In this document: positions 1-6,712 of the stretch, one piece after another | Layout: each line of letters opens with the position of its first letter | Numbering within the stretch: the stretch's first letter is position 1 | NCBI GenBank assembly: GCA_027050205.1 | Contig: JALUCS010000068.1 | Location: 1 to 13,468 of the forward strand | DNA length: 13,468 nucleotides | Direction of reading: 5' to 3' | From: a candidate division WOR-3 bacterium | GTDB taxonomy: Bacteria; Hydrothermota; Hydrothermia; LBFQ01 | Translations under genes and position numbers: made by a program | The notes under the pieces: model-generated | What the model was told of the DNA's origin: nothing | The model's input: the letters and a program-made list of their open reading frames with translations, nothing else | The model's database searches: none

Positions 1-482
1 GGGAGGGACAGAAGGAAACGCACAGGGAGGGTGAGCCTGGTTCTCCTCTCCTCCTTAACCCCCTCAACGCTGAATTGGAAGCCGAGATCCCTTACGGCGG
101 ATAGGATGGCGTGGGCGTCCGTCTGTACGGGCGAGAACTGGACTATTATGCTCTCGCCTACGGGGTAGGCCGCCACGACTCCGGGGAGGTCCTTCAGTTT
201 GCCAGCGACTGCGTGGGCGTCGCTCTCGGAGGCCCCTATGAGGGTTATGCGCACCTCGTCGTACACGAGGACGTACCCCATCTCCCTGACCCTCCGGGCC
301 GCCTCCGACAGGTTCAGGTCCCCTCCCAGGTCTATCACCGCCCTGCCACCGGCGAAGTCCACCTCCACCCCCTTTACGCTCCCCATTCTCAAAAGCACCG
401 TCTCTACGGTCTTGGCACAGGAGGCGCAGGTCATCCCCCTGACAGGAAGGACGATTCTCTTAACGGCTTTCGTACTCTCCAC
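1..482 (-). CDS. copA: Heavy-metal (probably copper) translocating P1B-type ATPase, N-terminal part; runs off the left edge
   Basis: Not in the ORF track. Manual translation from GTG at 482 gives MESTKAVKRIVLPVRGMTCASCAKTVETVLL..., with an HMA GMTCASC motif. A second Cys-less HMA-like repeat follows, then the start of a hydrophobic segment (LTLPVRFLLSL). The frame is open to the window edge. The ATPase core is not visible, so metal specificity is inferred. Confidence 0.75.
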   Translation of the reverse strand, partial: MESTKAVKRIVLPVRGMTCASCAKTVETVLLRMGSVKGVEVDFAGGRAVIDLGGDLNLSEAARRVREMGYVLVYDEVRITLIGASESDAHAVAGKLKDLPGVVAAYPVGESIIVQFSPVQTDAHAILSAVRDLGFQFSVEGVKEERRTRLTLPVRFLLSL

Positions 483-490
483 AGGTTTTT

Positions 491-500
491 ATTGTAAAGG
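491..500 (-). promoter_or_regulatory. -10 box (CCTT-TACAAT) of a probable leaderless copA promoter
   Basis: TACAAT (496-491) lies 8 nt before the GTG and there is no SD. The same 10-mer occurs at 1457-1466 before the radical SAM gene. Confidence 0.6.
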
Positions 501-523
501 TGAATTACTAAGGTGAATAGTAC

Positions 524-1447
524 TCATTGCCGGTGATCAAACGGGATACCCCTGTGTATCCCCAGGCTCCGGGCGTACTCCACCACCTCGTAGTACTCCT
601 TTAGGGTTATCCGCCTCGCTATCTCCGGGTACTCCCACGCCCTGTAGGTTGGGTAGTACTGCGCCATAACGTTTACCCAAGCGTCCTTAGATAACTCCTT
701 GGCAATGAACTCCATCACCCTTTTACTGCCAGCGACGTCGTTGGGGAGGACGAGGTGTCTTATCAGTACCCCCCTCTTCGCTAAGCCGTTCTCGTCCAGT
801 ACGAGGTCCCCCACCTGCCTGTACATCTCCTTTACGGCCTTCCTGGCCACCTCCCAGTACCCTTTGACACCGGAGTACTTGAGGGCGGTCCTTGAGTCGG
901 AGTACTTGAGGTCGGGCATGTATATATCCACTACCCCGTCCAAAAGTCTTAGACTTTGGAGGGAGTCGTAGGAACTCGTGTTATACACGATGGGTAGGCG
1001 AAAACCCCTCTCAACGGCTATAAGCAGGGCCTCCAAGATCTGCCACACCACGTGGCTGGGGGTTACGAGGTTGAGGTTATGGCAGCCCATCGCCTGGACT
1101 TCAAGGAAAACTTGGGCCAACCCCTCCGGGCCGACTTCCCTCCCAAACCGAAGTTGGCTTATCTCGTAGTTCTGACAGTAGACGCACCTCATATTGCACC
1201 CCGCAAAGAACACCGTCCCTGACCCCCTCCACCCCCGAAGGACATCCTCCTCCCCGAAGTGGGGTCCGTAGGAAGACAGGAGGGCAAACCTACCTACGCC
1301 GCACTCCCCGACCTCTCCCTCCAGACGGTTGGCCAGACAGGCACGGGGACACAGGACGCACCTCCGGGACATCTCCCTCGCCCTCTCCACCCTCTCCCTC
1401 AACTCCCCGGTCTCGTAGAGTTTTAAGTAGGAGGGGTAAGGGGGCAT
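524..1447 (-). CDS. PflX-like radical SAM protein (PFL-activating-enzyme-related, COG1313-type)
   Basis: N-terminal CVLCPRAC...GEC motif, HFGEE...GSGTVFFAGCNMRCVYCQNYEIS (CxxxCxxC), NLVTPSH, LDGVVDIYMPDLKY and IRHLVLP. Confidence 0.85.
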   Translation of the reverse strand: MPPYPSYLKLYETGELRERVERAREMSRRCVLCPRACLANRLEGEVGECGVGRFALLSSYGPHFGEEDVLRGWRGSGTVFFAGCNMRCVYCQNYEISQLRFGREVGPEGLAQVFLEVQAMGCHNLNLVTPSHVVWQILEALLIAVERGFRLPIVYNTSSYDSLQSLRLLDGVVDIYMPDLKYSDSRTALKYSGVKGYWEVARKAVKEMYRQVGDLVLDENGLAKRGVLIRHLVLPNDVAGSKRVMEFIAKELSKDAWVNVMAQYYPTYRAWEYPEIARRITLKEYYEVVEYARSLGIHRGIPFDHRQ

Positions 1448-1456
1448 ACGGAACGA

Positions 1457-1466
1457 ATTGTAAAGG
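1457..1466 (-). promoter_or_regulatory. -10 box (CCTT-TACAAT) of a probable leaderless promoter for the radical SAM gene
   Basis: TACAAT (1462-1457) lies 9 nt before ATG 1447 and there is no SD. Confidence 0.55.
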
Positions 1467-1468
1467 GG

Positions 1469-3010
1469 CTACGAGTTCCTGCCGCTCTGAAGCTCCCCGA
1501 TACTAACGTTGATATCAAACTCGTTCAGGTACCTGTTTATCGCGTAATCGTGCGTGGTCATTATCAGGATCTTCCCCTCCGTTTCCTTCAAAATTACACT
1601 TATCAGCTTATCCTTATCCTCAACATCAACGTTCTCCAGAGGCTCATCAAGGATGTAGCAGTCGGCGTCCCGTGATAGGGCGAGGGCAACGGCGAACTTC
1701 TTGAGCTGACCGGCGGACAGGTTGGAGGGGGTCTTGTCGGGCGGGAGGTTGAAGACCTTTAGAAGCTTCCTGAACTTACCCTCATCAACGGCAAACACCT
1801 TCGGATAGTCCATCAGGGGAATATCTACAAAGGTCTGGGGGGCCAACGACACCCTGCGGCAGGTTATTACGCGGCCGCTGTCCGGAGGAAGGAGGCCAGC
1901 GATGATGTTGAGGACGGTACTCTTCCCGCTCCCGTTCGGACCCGTTATAAGCACCCTTTCCCCCGGTGCTATCCTTAGCGTCAGGCCAGAGAGGACGGGG
2001 CGGTGGTCGTAAGAGAAGGATACGTCCTCAAGGATGACCCCTTCGCCCCTCTCAACCTCGCTTATCCTCTTCTCCTTCAGGAACCTCTCTATCCTGTCCA
2101 ACCTTGACCTTATGGAGACAATCTCCGGAATGGAGTTGAATATGGAGTTCAGCGAACCGTAAAAGGCGTAGAAAGCCGACATAAACCCCACGAAGTCCCC
2201 CACCGTAATCTTGTCCATAAACAGGAGGTATGCGTTTATCACCGTAAAGGATACCTGGGCCAGCATGCTGGCTATCTGAAGGGCGAATATGTAAATCTCC
2301 CGTTTTTTCGTTAAATTGTACGTAGTGTTAAGAAAATTATCCAAAAATTGCACAATAATATTCCATATCCTCTTTTGAGCGTTAAATATCCTGACGAGTG
2401 GGTACGAGCTAAGGGTGTTCGTCAGTCTGTCCTTCAAGAGGGCCTCGTGTTCCATCTGCTCCTTTGTAAGTTTGTCTATGTCCGCGTTGAACCTTGAGGT
2501 CAGGAAGATGGATATGACCGAAATGGGAAGTACGAATATCAGGGCTATGGGAGACAGGATAAACATCGCAATGGTCCTCCCTATGACGTCCATTATCCTG
2601 CTGAAGAGCATTACGAAGGTGTCCAGAGCGCCCGTCACCGTAGCCGTAGGCTCGTCGTAAATCCTGCTCAAATAGTATCCGACGTCGCGGGAAATTATCT
2701 CTTTGTAGGGGATGTAATAAAACCTATCAAGGTATTCCCTGAAAATCTCCTTCTGAATGTCGTTATCCAGCCTGACGTCAAAGAGGGTGTAGAGGTAGGA
2801 AATCACGTTGGACAGGGGGTATATTACCACCATTATTGCCAGAATGACGATCAGGGCGTGGAAATCTTTGGGGATTATGGCCTTATCAAACAAAAATTTC
2901 GTAATAAACGGCTCAATAACCCCTATAGCCGGAAATATAATAACCATAATGAGGGCCTTCAGCAGCACCCTCCCCCTGAACTTCCACAGCAGCCGCTTAA
3001 AAACTCCCAT
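1469..3010 (-). CDS. lanT: ABC exporter, fused TMD + NBD (LanT-type, no C39 peptidase domain)
   Basis: N-terminal multi-TM domain, Walker A GPNGSGKS, signature LSAGQ, Walker B YILDE and H-loop TTHD. It is divergent from the precursor and LanKC genes and shares their AT-richer composition. The role as lanthipeptide exporter is inferred from context. Confidence 0.8.
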   Translation of the reverse strand: MGVFKRLLWKFRGRVLLKALIMVIIFPAIGVIEPFITKFLFDKAIIPKDFHALIVILAIMVVIYPLSNVISYLYTLFDVRLDNDIQKEIFREYLDRFYYIPYKEIISRDVGYYLSRIYDEPTATVTGALDTFVMLFSRIMDVIGRTIAMFILSPIALIFVLPISVISIFLTSRFNADIDKLTKEQMEHEALLKDRLTNTLSSYPLVRIFNAQKRIWNIIVQFLDNFLNTTYNLTKKREIYIFALQIASMLAQVSFTVINAYLLFMDKITVGDFVGFMSAFYAFYGSLNSIFNSIPEIVSIRSRLDRIERFLKEKRISEVERGEGVILEDVSFSYDHRPVLSGLTLRIAPGERVLITGPNGSGKSTVLNIIAGLLPPDSGRVITCRRVSLAPQTFVDIPLMDYPKVFAVDEGKFRKLLKVFNLPPDKTPSNLSAGQLKKFAVALALSRDADCYILDEPLENVDVEDKDKLISVILKETEGKILIMTTHDYAINRYLNEFDINVSIGELQSGRNS

Positions 3011-3025
3011 AATTGTGCGGGGTGG

Positions 3026-3074
3026 ATTATATGGGGGATGGGGTACTTGACAAAATGAAAAAATCGGCCATTAT
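3026..3074. promoter_or_regulatory. Bidirectional sigma70-type promoter with overlapping -35 boxes
   Basis: Plus strand: TTGACA 3047-3052, 16 nt, CATTAT 3069-3074. Minus strand: TTGTCA 3053-3048, 16 nt, TATAAT 3031-3026. Confidence 0.7.
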
Positions 3075-3080
3075 TGTATG

Positions 3081-3192
3081 TCCCCAGGGTGGGGGTTGAG
3101 GGTGACGCCGACCCGGAACGGGCGATACCTCTCTGGGGCTTAACCCCTTCACCCGGAGAGGGTTGAGGCTGAAGGGGAAAAAGGAGGAGAGC
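3081..3192 (+). promoter_or_regulatory. Structured ~110-nt 5' UTR of the precursor gene, with SD AAGGAGG at 3181-3187
   Basis: Stem 3128-3137/3152-3161. Its loop segment 3144-3151 is complementary to 3170-3177. An alternative helix is 3092-3100/3139-3147. The TSS near 3081 is inferred from the promoter. Confidence 0.5.
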
Positions 3193-3315
3193 ATGAAGAA
3201 GGTTTTGAGGCTCCAGAGGGTTAAAGACTCAAGAACACCTAAAATAGTAGTCTGTCCACCTTGGAGACCTTCTAGTTTTCTGTTTAGTATAACCCACGTA
3301 GCCGACACTCCCTAA
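3193..3315 (+). CDS. lanA: Class III lanthipeptide precursor peptide, 40 aa: MKKVLRLQRVKDSRTPKIVVCPPWRPSSFLFSITHVADTP
   Basis: Not in the ORF track. SD AAGGAGG lies 5 nt before the ATG. The N-terminal VLRLQ matches the (I/L/V)LxLQ leader motif of class III precursors. The core is Ser/Thr-rich with one Cys. The gene ends 42 nt upstream of lanKC. Confidence 0.85.
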   Translation: MKKVLRLQRVKDSRTPKIVVCPPWRPSSFLFSITHVADTP

Positions 3316-3357
3316 CGTACAAAATCCCCACCCTGGGGAAAGATATAAGGAGGAATA

Positions 3358-6030
3358 ATGATTTATGGGTACTATTATAGGGAAAAATATAACATTAACA
3401 GAGTAGATGGGGATATATTATACAAAATACCTAAACTCGCAGAGTGTGAGCTTCTAAAGGAGATATCGCCTCCGGAGGACTGGCAAATTGACCGGGATCG
3501 TACGTGGTGCTATCTAAACGTTCCGGAGGATAACCTACCCATACAGGGGTGGAAGATCCACGTCTCTGCAACTCCAAAGAATTTCATAGACATCCTGAAA
3601 ATTGTATCGTCAATTCTGTTTAAAGAGGGAATATCGTTTAAGTTTTTAGCAAATAAAAGGATATTTTTCTCTATGATATCAAAGAACGCCTCCCGTGGTT
3701 CGTCAGGGAAGTTCATAACCGTTTACCCTCCAAACGATGAAGTTTTTAAGTATATCATAGAAAAACTGTACAGAGAATTAAAGGAATTTGAGGGACCGTA
3801 TATTCTTTCCGATAAAAGGTATAAAGATTGCAAAGTGCTGTACTACCGCTATGGCGGAATTCTGCCCAGGTATAAGATGGAACCCACCGGGGAAAGGACC
3901 TCGTTCCTCGTGGCTCCAGACGGTTCCCTCGTTCCCGATGAACGCACTCCCTACTTCAACCCTCCCGACTGGGTTGAGGATCCCTTTCCGGACGAGGAGG
4001 ACGAGGATGAGGAAGGGGATATAATACTGAAGGATAGATACAGGGTCCTTGAGGCGTTCAAGCACTCCAATATGGGAGGGTTGTACCTTGCGGAGGATCT
4101 CAAAACGGGTAGAACTGTCGTCCTGAAGGAGGCACGACCCTTTACGTTTTACGTGGACGATACCCATCACGCTTTCCACGTCCTTGAGAGGGAATACGAG
4201 ATCTTGAAGTTTCTCCGTGAGAACGGGGTAACGAACGGACCGGAAGTTTATGAGACCTTCAGAGAGTGGGAGCATAAGTTCATAGTGATGGAGCGCGTAG
4301 AGGGGGACTCTATGGACGACGTAGCCGGAAGGATGACGATAGGGTTAATCAAGAACGTAGGGAGTGTAAATATGAAAGAAATATATACATCCGCATTTTC
4401 GGAGATATTCAAAAAATTTGCGCTAACCTTGAAAGATATCCACAGATTAGGTATTGCTCACGGTGATATATCGGTCAATAACGTTTTCATAACTTTCAAC
4501 GATGAGAAACGCACGAATGCCGATAAGGTTAGACTAATTGATTTTGAGAGTGCTTCGGTCCTGAACGAAGAGCTGACCGAGAAGTTCAAGGAGAAGGACC
4601 TTCCGCTCCATATGGGTATGTTCACGCCCGGATTCGCGAGGAATGAGAACAGGTTGGAGAGGTATCCGGAGGACGACCTCTATTCCCTCGGCGCCCTTAT
4701 GTTGCACTTCGTAGGCGGGGCCTTCCTGACTATAAGGAACATAAATCCGGACTATTACAAGGTCATATACAAGATCGTCCAGAATTACGGATTACCCATA
4801 GAAATGGCGAAGCTGATTGACGATATACTCAACCTGCGGGTTTCCTACGATGAGATCGTAGAAAGGCTTGACGAAATCAGCGGTAAAAGCGTAGGGGACT
4901 TAAAGCTGCAGGACGTACTGCCCAGAGAGAGGGCTTCAGACCACATAAGGGAGTTCAAAAAGACTTTGGATAACCTTAAGTTCGTAATAGAAGAGGTTCC
5001 GTATCCCCTTTCGGCTTTCGCCTACAACACCAACACCTTGAGTTTGGGGTTCGGTATGTCGGGGATCCTGCGGGTGCTTCACCGCGTCTATGGAGAGATA
5101 GACGATGATGTGATGGAATGGTTTATCAACCGCCTCAAAGACGTAAATTCGGACAACTATCCACCGGGTTTGATGATCGGTATGGCCGGAATATCCTGGG
5201 CCTTGTGGGATCTCGGAATGCAGGAGGAGAGCATAAGACTCCTCAAGATGTCCAACGAGCATACGATACTGTTTGACAATCCGAGCCTCTTTTACGGGAG
5301 TTCGGGGGTGGGACTTGCCAACCTGAATATGTTCTTCAAGACCGGAGACAACTATTTCCTTGATCAGGCCGTAAGGATAGCCAATCACCTGTTGAACAGC
5401 CGGGAGGTGTCGGATAAGGGGACCTCCTGGACACCGGGCGTAGGGTACGGTAACGGACAGGCCGGCATAGGTCTCTACCTCCTGTACATGTACCTGCTTA
5501 CCGGAGATAGGAGGTATCTGGATGCGGGTACGGAGGGCCTGAAGTACGACCTGTCCTTTGAGTACGCCCCTCTGGGGTTCCCTCCCCGCGAAGATATTAA
5601 GATCTACACCACGTACTTTGAGTTCGGGGCAGCTGGAATAGGTAAGGTACTCCACCGCTACCTTCAGGCCCTCGGTGAAGAGTTTGAGTACTACTCCGAT
5701 TTTAAAGACAGGTTGAACAAGATACTTGAGTACATAAAGGTACCGTGGGTGACCTCTTACGTCCTCTTCTTCGGTGCCTCTGGCATCGCCGACTTCCTTA
5801 TGGACGTAGGGGACCCGTACGCCGGAGGTTTCCTGTCCATAATAGACGATATGGTCTTAGACACCAAGTACGGTAAGGTCGTACCGTCGGAGAGCCACAG
5901 CAGGATCATAACGAGCTTCGGAGACGGCCTGTCCGGGGTTATCGCCACCCTTCACCGTTATACGACGGGAAACGATTTGGGTATTGACATTTGGAAGGAT
6001 GTTCAAAGACTTGTCAAAAGTGGGCGGTGA
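3358..6030 (+). CDS. lanKC: Class III lanthipeptide synthetase (lyase-kinase-cyclase)
   Basis: Lyase motifs QGWKIHVSA, SGKFITVYP, GPYILSD and YYRYG. Kinase motifs HSNMGGLYLA, VVLKEARP, HGDISVNN, LIDFE, TPGF and DDLYSLG. The LanC-like GxxG repeats lack Zn ligands (GYGNGQAG, YFEFGAAG, LFFGASG), so this is class III and not class IV LanL. SD AAGGAGG is upstream. Confidence 0.93.
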   Translation: MIYGYYYREKYNINRVDGDILYKIPKLAECELLKEISPPEDWQIDRDRTWCYLNVPEDNLPIQGWKIHVSATPKNFIDILKIVSSILFKEGISFKFLANKRIFFSMISKNASRGSSGKFITVYPPNDEVFKYIIEKLYRELKEFEGPYILSDKRYKDCKVLYYRYGGILPRYKMEPTGERTSFLVAPDGSLVPDERTPYFNPPDWVEDPFPDEEDEDEEGDIILKDRYRVLEAFKHSNMGGLYLAEDLKTGRTVVLKEARPFTFYVDDTHHAFHVLEREYEILKFLRENGVTNGPEVYETFREWEHKFIVMERVEGDSMDDVAGRMTIGLIKNVGSVNMKEIYTSAFSEIFKKFALTLKDIHRLGIAHGDISVNNVFITFNDEKRTNADKVRLIDFESASVLNEELTEKFKEKDLPLHMGMFTPGFARNENRLERYPEDDLYSLGALMLHFVGGAFLTIRNINPDYYKVIYKIVQNYGLPIEMAKLIDDILNLRVSYDEIVERLDEISGKSVGDLKLQDVLPRERASDHIREFKKTLDNLKFVIEEVPYPLSAFAYNTNTLSLGFGMSGILRVLHRVYGEIDDDVMEWFINRLKDVNSDNYPPGLMIGMAGISWALWDLGMQEESIRLLKMSNEHTILFDNPSLFYGSSGVGLANLNMFFKTGDNYFLDQAVRIANHLLNSREVSDKGTSWTPGVGYGNGQAGIGLYLLYMYLLTGDRRYLDAGTEGLKYDLSFEYAPLGFPPREDIKIYTTYFEFGAAGIGKVLHRYLQALGEEFEYYSDFKDRLNKILEYIKVPWVTSYVLFFGASGIADFLMDVGDPYAGGFLSIIDDMVLDTKYGKVVPSESHSRIITSFGDGLSGVIATLHRYTTGNDLGIDIWKDVQRLVKSGR

Positions 6031-6711
6031 TCATACGGCCCTGTGGAGCCTCCCCTCCCTCAACTGGTATATCTCCACCCCCTCCCTCTCCTTTATGATG
6101 GAGGGGATGCGGTTGGACGTCCATAGGACGGCCGTCCCGGAGGAGTCGTTTATCTCCATAAACAGATGCTCAATCTCGTAGGAGGAGCGATCGTCCAGCC
6201 CCAAGGTGGGGTCGTCCGCGAGTAGGATCAGAGGCTCCTTCGCTATCGCCCTCGCTATCGCCAACTTCTGCCTCTGTCCGGCGGAAAGCTCCGGGGGGTA
6301 AGCGTCCTTTCTGTCGGCCAGGCCTACCCTCTCCAAGGCCCTAAGTGTGCGCTCCTTCGCCACGTTCCGGTTGTATCCGAGATGCTCCAGGACGTAGTAG
6401 ATGTTGTCGTAGCAGGTCATATCCTCAAGGTGGACGGGTACCTGCTTTATGACCCCTATCTTCCGTCTGACGTTCTGGAGGACGGCGGCGTTCCTCTTCG
6501 CCTCGCTGTGCCGTACCCCCAAAACCTCCACCTCCCCCTCGTCGGGGAACTCCTGAAAGTGGGCGAGGTTTATGAGGGTACTCTTCCCCACTCCAACCTC
6601 ACCGTAGATAATCGCAAATCCTCCCTTCTGAAGGGAGAGGTCCAGCGACCTTAAAACTTCCCTCTCCCGAAACCTCTTTACGACCCCCTTGAAACTAAGG
6701 ACACTCTCCAC
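6031..6711 (-). CDS. FtsE/LolD-like ABC ATP-binding protein with degenerate catalytic motifs
   Basis: Walker A GEVGVGKS, RRKIGVIKQ and LSAGQRQKLAIARAIAKEP. Walker B reads LLADDPT (usual E is D) and the H-loop reads WTSN. No permease gene is adjacent. Confidence 0.7.
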   Translation of the reverse strand: MESVLSFKGVVKRFREREVLRSLDLSLQKGGFAIIYGEVGVGKSTLINLAHFQEFPDEGEVEVLGVRHSEAKRNAAVLQNVRRKIGVIKQVPVHLEDMTCYDNIYYVLEHLGYNRNVAKERTLRALERVGLADRKDAYPPELSAGQRQKLAIARAIAKEPLILLADDPTLGLDDRSSYEIEHLFMEINDSSGTAVLWTSNRIPSIIKEREGVEIYQLREGRLHRAV

Positions 6712-6712
6712 C

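Larger units (their letters stand above)
3081..3339. repeat. 14-bp perfect inverted repeat flanking the precursor gene (3081-3094 / 3326-3339)
   Basis: TCCCCAGGGTGGGG (3081-3094) is the exact reverse complement of CCCCACCCTGGGGA (3326-3339). Each copy is itself a TCCCCA-N3-TGGGG(A/G) palindrome. Confidence 0.85.
1469..6030. other. Class III lanthipeptide biosynthetic gene cluster, probably horizontally acquired
   Basis: Arrangement is lanT <- -> lanA, lanKC. The region is visibly AT-richer than the flanks (e.g. 2280-2400, 3358-3860). lanA and lanKC have strong SDs, unlike the leaderless flanking genes. Confidence 0.85.

Noticed and set aside
111..516. Plus-strand ORFs of 128 and 105 aa
   Set aside because: They are antisense shadows of the copA-like gene, which has the GMTCASC motif.
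524..1447. Radical SAM protein as a lanthipeptide tailoring enzyme partnering the PqqD-like protein
   Set aside because: It is PflX-type with no SPASM/Twitch or RRE domain, has host-like GC and has its own promoter motif. Only adjacency supports a link.
3097..3129. Selenocysteine read-through (TGA-GGG-TGA plus hairpin) extending lanA
   Set aside because: The upstream start lies within the predicted promoter, the hairpin is not demonstrably a SECIS, and lanA has its own strong SD.
3027..3308. 93-aa minus-strand ORF in the ORF track
   Set aside because: It is antisense to the SD-led precursor and its UTR and has no recognisable motif.
3358..6030. Class IV LanL or an ordinary Ser/Thr kinase
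   Set aside because: Lyase motifs are present and the cyclase lacks the Cys/Cys/His zinc ligands, which fits class III LanKC.
531..6033. CGGTGATCA direct repeat at 531-539 and 6025-6033 as an att site or target duplication
   Set aside because: 9-mer matches are expected by chance in 13 kb, there is no integrase or transposase, and the left copy does not match the composition boundary.
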